The notes below the pieces were generated by a model. That model was not told the origin of the DNA. It searched no databases and saw nothing but the letters and a program-made list of their open reading frames with translations. This document shows, one piece after another, positions 1 through 64,000 of a DNA stretch of 64,000 bases. The position numbers were made by a program, and so were the translations under genes. The stretch comes from Octopus bimaculoides (lineage: Eukaryota). The stretch lies in the NCBI RefSeq assembly GCF_001194135.2, contig NC_068998.1:9742602-9806601 (forward strand). Reading direction: 5' to 3'. The stretch's first letter is position 1. Every line of letters begins with the position of its first letter.

Positions 1-43
<43 letters not shown>

Positions 44-115
44 TAGCTGCATATGTAACTCAGACACCTCACACGCATACATGCATGCATGCATGCATGC
101 ACACTGAAGAGAATG

Positions 116-155
<40 letters not shown>

Positions 156-370
156 TCAATAGAAAGAAAGAGAGATTGTGAGAGTGTTTGCGTGAGTGAG
201 AGAGAGAGAGGGTTGAGAGATGAGGAAAGAGTAAACTAAGTGCAATAGTAGTAGTGGTGGTGGTAGAAATTATTCTTATTGTAGATGATGATGGTGGTGA
301 TGGTGGTGATGATGGTGATGATCATTATTATTATATTATATTATAATTATTATTATTATTATTATTATCA

Positions 371-53843
<53,473 letters not shown>

Positions 53844-54457
53844 AATGAAGAGAAAAAAACGAGGGGGGTTTGTTTATCCTAATTATTTCGTCAGAGTTAG
53901 AATTCCTTTTGTCGATGTATCTTATTTTTTCTCCTTCAAACGCTTATATATCGATGTTGTTTTTTTTTTTTTTTTTTGGTTCGTTACTTTATAATTTGAG
54001 AAATCGAATTAGGTTTCCGCAGAAATCGGTGCAAAGCACACGACAGACCCCATCATCATGAGGGAATAAATAGCGTGTTTTGCAATATGGCGAAAAGAAA
54101 GCCAACCCATAATAGTAAAAATATAGAGAAAGGGGGAGAAGAGGGAGAGAGAAGAAGAGAGAAACGAGGTGAAAGGAGTAAGTTGTAAAGAGAGTGACTG
54201 ACCGAGAAAAAAAAGAAAGAGTTACATAAAAGGCAGAGCGAGAATTAGCGAAGCAATATACAGAGTAACTGAAAGTAAAATGAGGGAGTGAGTGAAAAGA
54301 GTTCAAAGAGGTACAGTGTGAGACTTAAGTTATATTTATATAGAGTAAGTAAGTAAAAGACTGAAAATATATAGAGAGTGAGTGATATTAGAGAGGTAAG
54401 AGGTAAATAGAGGGTAACTAAAGTACGAAAGAGAAAGAGAAAGATACATGAGAATAT

Positions 54458-54512
54458 GCCGCCACTTTGTAAAATGCTTTCTGATTAGCTGAGTGCTGAT
54501 AAAACAACCAAT
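54458..54512 (-). promoter_or_regulatory. Candidate proximal promoter of the SCAF gene (YY1-like motif plus CCAAT box)
   Basis: Minus strand CAAAGTGGCGGC (54458-54469) is one mismatch from the YY1 consensus CAAAATGGCGGC; CCAAT at 54508-54512; about 620-670 nt upstream of the ATG. Motif match only. Confidence 0.3.
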
Positions 54513-55064
54513 CGCAGAAGGTGATATTTATGAATTTGTCAGATGAGTATGAGTGAGGCGAGTAGAGAGTGAAAGCGAGAATACGCGAGAGAAGGAAAGA
54601 GACTTCTTTGTAGGTGGTTGACCTCTTCTTTAGAGAGAGTTAAGGCGATATTTATATTTTTCCGATAATTAAATGTGCTTGCTTGTTTATAATTTATAAA
54701 AAAATAAAAAAGGACTTCAATCAGCCGGTTCAGATGCAAAAAATTATATTTGCTATTTTTTCATTCATACGAAAATAATACACATGTATAACACATACAC
54801 ACACATATATATATACACATATACTTAGGAAAAATACATGTAGTGCTTGAACTGTGTACTTTTACGTTGCCTCTGTTAATCATCGTTCTGTAGAGTAAAC
54901 ACACTGGAGTGTGTATGTACGAGTGTATAGATTTTTTTTTCTACTTAGCGTTTTATATACTGTGCATTAAGTACATATGTGTATAGAGAGAGATAAACTT
55001 TGCTATTCATTTTCTCGGTGTCGATAAATAAAGTAGCTGCTTCTAATATTATTATTTAACATAC

Positions 55065-55490
55065 TGCGATGTGAACTTCTCCAACTCTTCAGAGAATGTT
55101 GTCAAGGCTGTAACTTTCTGCAACAGTTCGAGCGTGTCCAAATAATCACCATTTACGCGAACAATGGTCTAACTGGCAGCACTGGAAATTAACGAGGAAT
55201 TCCTCTTCTCTCACTTACAGGAAATATTGTTCAAGCGATTGTAAAAATGTCCAAGCGAATTCTCCCGAAAAGTCTGAGTGCATTTTATGTCTAGGTACAC
55301 AGGCGGCACTACTTCCACCCTGCGAGACATCGAGAAGGTTATCGAACCGTCAGTCCCACTTTTTCTTGTATTTGTCGACCTTACGGAGGTTTCCTACAGT
55401 GAAGGGTATAGAGGACTTCTGAACCTTTCTCAAAAATATGAGTGTCCTGACAGATAGGTGGAGATACTCAGACATTTCTACAATCTGTCT
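55065..55490 (+). mobile_element. Decayed RTE-clade LINE reverse transcriptase fragment
   Basis: Broken frames read ITIY...GN*RGIPLLSLTG, ILPKS and PLFLVFVDLT...KYECPDR*VEILRHFY, matching RTE RT motifs NYRGISLLS, ILPESQ and LVFVDLTKAFD...GCP. Confidence 0.75.
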
Positions 55491-55644
55491 TAGGAGCGAA
55501 TGCTCGGCCTCTTTCCTAGCCGCCCATGGAGAAAAGTACTCGCTCCAACACTAGTTGCGTTTTTAGGAGTTCCATGATTGAAAACATGATGAGTTCATAG
55601 ATGAAGTATATTGCCGCGAAAGATTGGATGGAGTCTATCTAGAC

Positions 55645-56098
55645 CAGTGGTTCTCAACCGAGGTCTATATAACCCCTGGGAGTCCATATAAGGTTGGGGG
55701 AGGGGCTCCACGCAACAAAATAGTGAATTGGGGATCCACAAATGTATTTTAAGAGCCCCTGAAAAAATATTCTGCTTTAGATGTATGTATTGGTATGATT
55801 AACACCCGCACGATCTTCGTTAGGGTTTGGGTTAGGGAATTCCATCCCTAACCGTAACCCTGACCCTAAAACTCTAACCCTAACACCCTAGTGAAGATTG
55901 TGTGGGTGTTAATCTGAAAAATTACCGAAACAGCTTGGTGTTTTCCTCACGGTTACATTGTTCAATGCATGAAAAACAAAATAGGCATTTTGAAAGAAGT
56001 TTCTATTAAACTAATTTTTAAACATCGAATGGTCATGGGGGTGCCCTTGAATAAAATAGTAACCAAAGGGGTCGATAAAATACGGTTGAGAACCCCTG
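55645..56098. mobile_element. hAT-Charlie-like MITE
   Basis: 15-bp TIRs CAGTGGTTCTCAACC / GGTTGAGAACCCCTG; 8-bp flanks ATCTAGAC / ATCTAAAC (7/8 match) fitting the NTCTAGAN Charlie-type target. Confidence 0.8.
55792..55926. mobile_element. Third copy of the same palindromic family, nested in the hAT MITE, with TTAGGG/CCCTAA core
   Basis: GATTAACACCCGCAC...ttagggtttgggttaggg...ccctaaccgtaaccctgaccctaa...CCCTAGTGAAGATTGTGTGGGTGTTAATCTGAAAAATTACC. Confidence 0.7.
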
Positions 56099-56439
56099 AT
56101 CTAAACTAAGATTCACAGGGACCTATTGTGATATGTGTATTCGCAAACTTCTCTTTGCTGATGACTCAGCTCAAGTGAGTCATTCCTTGGAAGATATTCA
56201 GAAAACAATGTACCATTTTGAATATGCAGCGACGGAATTCAGACTATCAATATATTTAGCAACATTTAAAGTAGAGAAGTTCTCATATGAGTAGTAAGGT
56301 TTCTGATGACATCTACCTGGGTACGGTGGTGAAACGTACGTAGGAACTAGCACTACTACAACTACTAATATACACACACACACACACACAGAGGATGCGA
56401 AGGGTATTTGAGAAAACCTTCAATTAAGACCGAAAGTCT

Positions 56440-56610
56440 AACAAGAAAATGTTATGTGCAGATTCTGATGTTCCCAGAGTGATGCACACTAAAAGTTTCT
56501 AGCATTTGTGATGATCTTTGGAGTAGTGAGTAACAAAGACCACGTGATACCACCTCACATTTACTCCACGAGGTTTTGGAATTAATACTGCTGAATATGT
56601 TATATATATA
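56440..56610 (+). mobile_element. Tc1/mariner (maT/DD37D-like) transposase relic
   Basis: Frameshifted reading LCADSDVPRVMHTK..FVMIFGVVSNKDHVIPPH, like VPxVMHTKFPAxVMVxGVVSxEGxVMPPHF. Confidence 0.6.
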
Positions 56611-57176
56611 CCTGCATGCATGGGTGAATGACCCCACTTTGGTCATGAATGAGTATACGATTGCACCTAGAAAGTTACCCTCTGAGGTGCAAGTTCAGAC
56701 AAGGTTGTTTATGGAAGACTAGCAGTCGCCCATGCATACCAGCCTTCCCTCTCCACGCCACCGATGTTATCCAAGGGAAAGGCAAAGACCGATACAACTT
56801 GGCACCAGTGATGTTGCAACTCATTTCTACAGCTGGGTAAATTGGAGCAATGGGAAATAAAGTGTCTTGCTCAAGAACACAAGACACAGTCCAGTCTGGG
56901 AATCGAACTCATAACCTCACAATCATAAGCTCGATGCTCTAACCACAGAGCCATGCGCCTTCACAAAGGAGCACTCCATCAGTTACAATGACGAGGGTCC
57001 AAGCTGATATGATCACTGGAACAGCTTGCTAGAGAAATTAACGTGCAAGTGGCTGAGCACTCCACAGATACATGTACCCTTAACATAGTTCTCAGGGAGA
57101 TTCAGCATGGCCCTTTGAAATACAGATACTACTCATTTTTGCCAGCTGAGTGGACTGGAACAATGTNNNNNNNNNN

Positions 57177-57405
57177 AAGTTGTTACTGAATGGCATGAGG
57201 AACATTCTAGTGAAGTTGAACATCTTATCTGGCCATCACAGTCCCCAGATCTCAATATTATTGAACATTTATGGTGCATTTTAGAAAAACAAATAAGGAG
57301 TCAATATCCATCATCACTACAAGAACTGGATACTGTTTTAGCTGAAGAATGGACAACAATTCAAACCTTGTACGAGTTCATACCTCATAGAATTCAAGCT
57401 GTAAT
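57177..57405 (+). mobile_element. Tc1 transposase C-terminal fragment (begins at an N gap)
   Basis: VTEWHEEHSSEVEHLIWPSQSPDLNIIEHLWCILEKQIR...LQEL...EEW contains the WPxQSPDLNPIEHLW motif. Confidence 0.85.
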
Positions 57406-57799
57406 CTATATATATATAAAATTGAGAATGTATGTCTGTGTGTCTGTGTGAATTCCTAAAACTCCAGAACTACACAACCAATTTCATTCAAATTTTACAC
57501 ATGCCTTACTTAGGGTCCGTACAGTGTCATAGGCCAAAAGCATTTTTAACTTCTTGCCTAGTGCGAGCCCAGAGCAATATCATATTACGTGTCAAAAGTG
57601 AAACAATAACATCCCTCTATTGAAATATCAGATATTTTCACTTTAATACTGAAACTATTAAAGTGAAACTATTATCTCACATATAAATAGGCATACATAC
57701 ATATATGTAGATGTATATATATATAGATGTACATATAATATGTACACATATATACATGCATACATATATACACACACACAAACACACACATACACACAT

Positions 57800-58110
57800 A
57801 TACATAGGTGCAGGTGTGGCTGTGTGGTAAGAAACTTGGTTCCAAAACACATGGTCCTGGGTTCAGTACCACTGTGTGGTGACTTGGCATGTGTCTTCTG
57901 CTATAGTCTCAGACCAGCCAAAGCCTTGTGAGTGGATTTCATAGATAGAAACTGAAAGAAATCAATCGTATATATATGTAAGCATATGTGTGTGTCTTTG
58001 TCTCTGTGTTTCTCCCTCATCACTGCTTCACAACTGCTGTTGGTTTATTTATATCCCCATAACTTACTGGTTTGACAAGAAAAAATTGATAGAATTAGTA
58101 CCAGGCTTAT
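57800..58110 (+). mobile_element. SINE family 1 copy (diverged; further partial copies near 18775, 20350, 23600, 24670, 28330, 30380, 33060, 35790, 36900, 42740, 44150, 51640)
   Basis: GGTGCAGGTGTGGCTGTGTGGTAAG...GGTTCAGTACC...GCCTTGTGAGTGGATTT. Confidence 0.75.
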
Positions 58111-58186
58111 CAAAATAAAAAAAAGCACTAGGCAGTGTCTCATATTTTTGTTTGCCCACTCAGTTGTATCTATCAATCTATCTTTT

Positions 58187-58238
<52 letters not shown>

Positions 58239-59461
58239 AGAAAGTTAGAAGTTGTGAATCCAACCCACTAAGGGATAATATCTATCCAATATACTGCTGG
58301 AAGAATATCCAATTATTATTACACTAGTGTTTTTTCATTGCATGGCAATTACATTACCAAGTGCAATAAATGGGTGCGGGCAGTCATTTTTATAATTACT
58401 GATATGACATAATATGTCACATGTGTTTATATATTGTTATTATTGTCCTGTTAGTAAACAAATAAACAAGTAAATTGACATAAGACAATGTCTGCAAGTT
58501 GATGAATACCACCTATTAATCCCCTCCATTTTCTTATTGATATATATATATATATATATATATATCATCATCATCGTTTAACGTCTGCCTTCCATGCTAG
58601 CATGGGTTGGACAATTTGACTGAGGACTGGCAATGAAGAGGTGGGGGGCTGATATGCATGGGCAACTGCTGGTCTTCCATAAACAACCTTGCCCAGACTT
58701 GGAGGGTAACTTTCTAGGTGCAATCCGATGGTCATTTGTGACCGAAGGGGGTCCCTGTAATGCACATGCATAAGGCAGTGAGCTGGTAGAATCATTAGAA
58801 CGCCGGGTGAAATGCTTAGTGGTATTTCGTCTGCCACTATGTTCTTCTGAGTTCAAATTCTGCCGAGGTCGACTTTGCCTTTTCATCCTTTCGGGGTCGA
58901 TAAATTAAGTACCAGTTGAGTACTGGGGTCGATGTAATTGACTATCCCCCACCCTCCAAAATTTCAGGCCTCGTACCTATAGTAGAATGGATCTTATATT
59001 GTATATAGATTGTATATTGTATATAGATTTGTGACTGTGTGTCAATTCTGTGTATTCACACATCGAAGTTAGCTACTTTATGGTTGACATCACAGAGAGA
59101 GAGAGAGAGACGTTTATACAACTTCACATTATTGCCACATTACTCATACATTTTTTTTTTTTTTTGTGGTTCATTTTATTTTTACAAATCACAAGTGTTA
59201 AATACCAGCCTTGGCTCTAATTTTTACTAATTAATGATTGTCATTCATGGTGTCTGCCCATCTTGCCAGTTGTTTGCCGCCTGTCATAAAAAGCCACTCT
59301 CTTTCAAGTTTACCGAGAATTTCCACTTTGCTTAATTAGCTACATCATTTGACATCTCGAACATCCACATGCATTTCATTTCACGCTAATTGTGACAGTC
59401 ATGTTACCACATACTTGCATACATATTAATTAGTATAATGTTCTCTCATCACACACAGTGA

Positions 59462-59870
59462 GGTTGCATGGTCCAGAGGTTAGGTTGTCGCACTGATAAT
59501 CATAAGATTGTGGTTTCAATTCCCAGTCCTGGCAATGCATTGTGTTCTGGAGCAAAACACTTTATTTCAAGTTGCTCCAGTTCACTCAGCCATGGAAGTG
59601 CATGTCTTAGTGGTTTGGGAATTGACCTCATGATCGTGAGATTGTGATTTCAAATCCTGGACTGGGTGAAACGTTGTGTTTTTGAGCAAAACACTTCATT
59701 TTACATTGCACTAGTTCACTCAGTTGTGGAGGAGTGTGGCTGAGTGGTTAGGGTGTTGGACTAATGATCAGAAGATTATGGTTTCAATTCCTCGATCAGG
59801 TGACGCGTTGTGTTCTTGAGCAAAACACTTAATTTCACATTGTTCCAGTCCAGTCAGCTGGCAAAAATGA
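59462..59870 (+). repeat. Head-to-tail trimer of about 133-bp tRNA-SINE 5' units
   Basis: Three diverged repeats of ...GTGGTTAGGG...GATTGTGGTTTCAATTCC...TTGTGTTCTTGAGCAAAACACTT...CCAGTTCACTCAG. Confidence 0.7.
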
Positions 59871-59983
59871 GTAATCCTGCAATGGATCAGCATACCATTC
59901 AGGAGGAGAATATATAAACCATAGAAACTGGGAAACCAGCCCTTATGACTTTGCATGACTCAAGACAGAAACTTCACCTTTAA

Positions 59984-60205
59984 CCATTTCGTTACCGTAT
60001 TTATTTTGAGATACTCTGTATTTTTTTTAATTACTTTGAAATGCAACAAAGAATTTAGTAAAATAACTTAGTTATCATTAAGCTAGTGTTAGGAACATAA
60101 ATTGTGACTAAGGTTTGGTGGGAGATTTTAATTCAAAACTTATGAAAACAAGACAATTGTACTACAGAGCCAGAGCCCGTTTCAGCCGGGTTGGTATCAA
60201 AAGGG
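59984..60205. mobile_element. piggyBac-like MITE family B
   Basis: TTAA-CCATTTCGTTACC...GGTATCAAAAGGG-TTAA. Confidence 0.7.
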
Positions 60206-60369
60206 TTAACTTTATTCCACTCAGATGCAAACAACTAACCCTGCAATGGACTGGCACCTTGTTAAGGGGAATGTTGTGATATTAGTCATGTATACACTGT
60301 GGGAAGTGGGTAGGCAGTGTTGTGAATTCTAGGGTGCAACACAATTTTTTTTTAAAAATAGGTGACACA

Positions 60370-60558
60370 CAAGGACAGACAAACGGATTAAGTCGATTAC
60401 ATCGACCGCAGTGCGTAACTGGTACTTAATTTATCGACCCCGAAAGGGATGAAAGGCAAAGTCGACCTCAGCAGTATTTGAACTCAGAACGTAACGGCAG
60501 ACGAAATACCGCTAAGCATTGCGCCCGGCGTGCTAACATTTCTGCCAGCTCGCCGCCT
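60370..60558 (-). mobile_element. tRNA-derived SINE family 2 (other copies near 7160-7320, 7370-7545, 24480-24665, 41470-41640, 43850-43980, 52310-52480, 58780-58975)
   Basis: GGCGGCGAGCTGGCAGAA head, GAGTTCAAAT B box, conserved central GTCGACTTTGCCTTTCATCC..TCGGGGTCGATAAA block. Superfamily domain not assigned. Confidence 0.8.
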
Positions 60559-61518
60559 TGGGGAACACACTGAATATATAATTTCAGATGTACTTAGCCT
60601 GAATTCAAAAAGTGAAAAAGGATGAGCTGATCACGACAGCCGGAACACTTTTGATCATAACTCCAGAAGATCGGAGCCAACTTGTGGCAAAAAATATCTC
60701 AAGTTCGTACAAAGAGCAAACGTACGAATGTACATACATACAGGCGTACGAACATACATACATACACATGCATATAGATATATATATATATATATACACA
60801 CACATGCATACATACGTATTCACACACACGTACATTCATACATACACGTGTGTGTGTGTGTTTCAATCCCGACTGAAAAAAACAAAACAAACAAACAGAC
60901 ATGTCAAAAATCTTAAGGCATATGACAAGAGTCTCTGAGTTCGTGACTATTCGTAAATGTGTTCATATGACGTAGCGTGCCTTTAAGCTCTGATTTCAAA
61001 TCCGGTTGAAGGCGATACAGTGCGTACAGGTATGCGCTGGTCTATCCAACAGACTATTCACCCCACTTCCCCAACGCGAAGTTCTTGTCCTAGTTAGCAG
61101 AATAAATATTATTTAAATAGATAAGTTTGATAACGTTTTGCTCTAACTAGAATTATATGAGAGAAGTCTAGCTTTTATTCTGTGTTGGAAAGAATGTGAC
61201 CCTCCCTCAAGTAAGATTTTTTATTCTTTTATTCCTTTATCTGTTTCAGTCCGATGACTGTGGTCATGCTGAAGCGAGAAAAAATTGATAACTCAATAAA
61301 ACTGAAGAATTGCGGAAATTATATGTCGTACAGATGACAGGGGCACAATCATCATAAAAAGATCTAAATTAGAACTTTCATTTTCATTTTAGTCCTTCTT
61401 TAATACTTTAAGCTATCGAATAACTGACTGGTTATGCTTGTGTTTGCAAGTCAAAATATAAAAAGTATGAGGTACAAAATACAGAGGAGTCCAACAGTAG
61501 ATTTACAGATATTCAATA

Positions 61519-62159
61519 GGTAATCTTCCAGTTTCGAGAGGTTAAAAAAGTAAATAAAATACAAGGGAAATAACTGAACGTCTTACCAGTATTATCCGTA
61601 CTACTTTGTTTATAAATAAATCACGTGATTTGATAGACGTTAACTGTTTATATATAAATCACACACGTGATTGAATATCATAGTTTCTTGTGAGAAATCG
61701 AAAATGTCTCGTGGAAGACCGGCTGCACAACATCTTATTGTTGCTGAAAACGAAATCCTCACTCGTGAATTAATATTAGAGGAAAAATGGAAAATCTGTG
61801 ATTTAAGCAGTAGCTCAAGATACAGAATGTTGGAATGGTGTGCGCGTCGTCGACTTATTAGAAATAAGTTTACCTGCGACGACTGTCTAGTACCATGCGG
61901 ACTTATTACACGTGGTGACAGAATAGATGGAAAAGAATGGTACTGTAAACAATGCTGTTTGTAAAAAGAAAACAACATTTTAAACTTTTATATAAAAAAA
62001 TTCCGTCGCATGCTGTTTTAGATTCTTTTCTGCCTGTTAAAATTCCGTCGCATGCTGTTTTAGAGAAAAAGTAGTACGGATAATACTGGTAAGTCGTTCA
62101 GTTATTTCCCTTGAATATTTTTATTTCTTTCTTTTACCTTTCAAAATTGGAAGATTACC
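61519..62159 (+). mobile_element. Merlin (IS1016/ISXO2-like) DNA transposon, internally deleted non-autonomous copy
   Basis: About 90-bp imperfect TIRs starting GGTAATCTTCC (61519-61607 and 62068-62159); perfect 9-bp TSD TATTCAATA (61510-61518 and 62160-62168); internal ORF with WC..RRLIRN...CDDC...L......DGKEWYCKQC, the zinc-ribbon N-terminus typical of Merlin transposases. Confidence 0.8.
61704..61964 (+). pseudogene. Truncated Merlin-type transposase N-terminus (C4 zinc ribbon; no DDE core)
   Basis: MSRGRPAAQHL...LEWCARRRLIRNKFTCDDCLVPCGLITRGDRIDGKEWYCKQCCL*, open and inside the TIRs. Confidence 0.7.
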
Positions 62160-63013
62160 TATTCAATATATATATTATGTATATATTAACAGTTTAGATC
62201 TTAATTATAAAAAAATATGAAACCATTATTCTGTGCTAATTTAGTTAATTTTGTCAAGCTTCCTTTTCAGTTTGTAAGATAAAGATTTAAATACAATAAA
62301 ATGTTTTAGAAGAAGCTTAATGTGCCTACGTGATAACTGTAAACCTACTTTTGGACCACCCTTGTATAAGTATAAAGCTTTATTTTTCTGTACGCTTGTA
62401 TTTGTTACCAATCTACTGCGTATACAATTCTAACACACTCACACACACAAGACATTATTTCACTGAATTATCCTTTTGCCTGATCACCGTTTCTGTTTAG
62501 TTTCCTTTAAAATCTGTGCCTTTTGTTATTAGGGATCTAACAAACATGCGAAATACAAATCTTATTATATTACTTTATTCTCCGAAGTACTTTTTTTTTT
62601 TTTACAATTAAACCTTGCGAGAGTCATTATGCCGGTAATAAACACACGCACTGGTTCAGTCCTTTATTAACTTATAAACAGTATTTAGTTTTTTGTTAAA
62701 ACATTTCATTGCACTCTTGCAATCTCTTCAGTAACTTGTCTCTCCACTTCCATTTATTTACTTTTCTTTTGTTGTTTTTTTTTATTTTTAATATAAGAGC
62801 TAAATGCAGTATTAAGAAGATTAACGTCTTCAATAGATTCATTTAATCTCCAGTATAGTATACATCTATTAACGACCACAATTTTGACTGCAAGAGTATT
62901 TCCCCTTGAGCAAACAATGTGGCCGGCAAATTTCTATCTTCAGATTAACTGTCTTTATGTGTGTGTATTGTACTTTGTCTTCTGATTATAACTCCTTCTT
63001 ATATCTATATAGT

Positions 63014-63388
63014 GGAGGCGCAATGGCCCAGTGGTTAGGGCAGCAGACTCGCGGTTTCGATTCCCACACCGGGAGTTGTGAGTGTTTATTGAGCGAAAAC
63101 ACCTAAAAAAGCCCCACGAGGCTCCGGCAGGGGATGGTGGTGAACCCTGCTTTACTCTTTCACCACAACTTTCTCTCACTCTTACTGCATGTTTCTGTTG
63201 TGCCTGTATTTCAAAGGGCCTGCCTTATCCCACTCTGTGTCACGCTGAATCTCCCTGAGAACTACGTTAAGGGTAGACGTGTCTGTGGAGTGCTCAGCCA
63301 CTTGCACGTTAATTTCACGAGCAGGCTGTTCCGTTGGCCGGATCAACTGGAACCCTCGACGTCGTAACCGACGGAGTGGCAACAACAA
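63014..63388 (+). mobile_element. SINE family 3 copy (small deletion in head)
   Basis: Matches 13348-13725 in opposite orientation; 3' AACAACAA tail. Confidence 0.85.
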
Positions 63389-63608
63389 TATCTATATAGC
63401 AATGTGTCTTTATCGAGATGTATGTATGTGTGTGTGTCCTTGTGTTTGTTCCTCCACTAGCTGACAACAGGTGTTGGTTTGTTTATGTCTACGGGATCTT
63501 GTTAAATTCTTTCTACCCACTCGAAATTTTTTTAAAATGTAATTTTTCATGCCGTTGACAAAAATCATTCTTTTTCTAGAATTTGTTAATTAAACAATTA
63601 CAAGTATT

Positions 63609-63715
63609 GGTAAATTTTCAGATTAACACCCGCACAATTTTCACTAGGGTGTTACGGTTAGGGTTAGGGACGGAATTCCCACCCTAACACCCTAGTGAAA
63701 TTTGAAAATTTGGCC
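63609..63715. mobile_element. Second copy of the GGTAAATTTTCAG palindromic family, with TTAGGG core and truncated right arm
   Basis: GGTAAATTTTCAGATTAACACCCGCACAATTTTCACTAGGGTGTT-acggttagggttaggg...ccctAACACCCTAGTGAAA; no TSD visible. Confidence 0.7.
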
Positions 63716-64000
63716 AAATTAGGTAGTTTTAGCCAGTCGAAGCCTCGATTGCCGAATATACTAGAATATACTAGATTGTCTGTCCCCATTGGAACAGCAC
63801 ACAAAATCTTTACGTCTGGCCTGGCCAACTCGAATTACTTTGCGGGCCACTTAAATCACAGAAGGTTTTTTGAGCGCCGCTTGTATAACAGAATTGAATG
63901 TATTTTGCTTTCTCATGCTATTATTACAATAACGAATGAATGATCGTTCATTCAACATGAAATATTATCGTTGTAAAAACAGTGGCAGTGTATTGAACAG

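Noticed and set aside
1-370. Poly(A) signal for the SCAF gene
   Set aside because: No AATAAA or ATTAAA on the minus strand in this stretch; the 3' UTR probably continues outside the window.
54600-64000. A second host gene upstream or divergent from SCAF
   Set aside because: All recognisable coding-like sequence here is transposon-derived; no exon-like ORF with splice context found.

Overview
AT-rich, repeat-dense animal genomic DNA with several N gaps. The SINE complement and gene architecture suggest an octopus or other cephalopod (inference). One protein-coding gene occupies most of the window on the minus strand: a SCAF4/SCAF8 (RBM16)-family SR-related CTD-associated factor. I reconstructed 17 coding exons (53843 -> 371). 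All visible splice sites are GT-AG and the reading phases join consistently; the exon 6 donor lies in a gap. The protein is at least 1600 aa: CID domain, Q-rich linker, RS segment, RRM, then a long P/G/R-rich and acidic tail. The 30-nt first coding exon lies 26 kb upstream of exon 2. Introns and the upstream region hold at least four SINE or LINE-tail families, decayed RTE and L1/Tx1 LINE pieces, mariner, Tc1 and maT transposase relics, piggyBac-like and hAT-like MITEs, three minisatellites and many microsatellites. The most unusual elements are a 641-bp Merlin-type element (long TIRs, perfect 9-bp TSD, N-terminal transposase fragment) and a small GGTAA-terminated palindromic element family whose core contains telomere-like TTAGGG/CCCTAA repeats. 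I found no prokaryotic-type system, CRISPR array, rRNA or intact tRNA.
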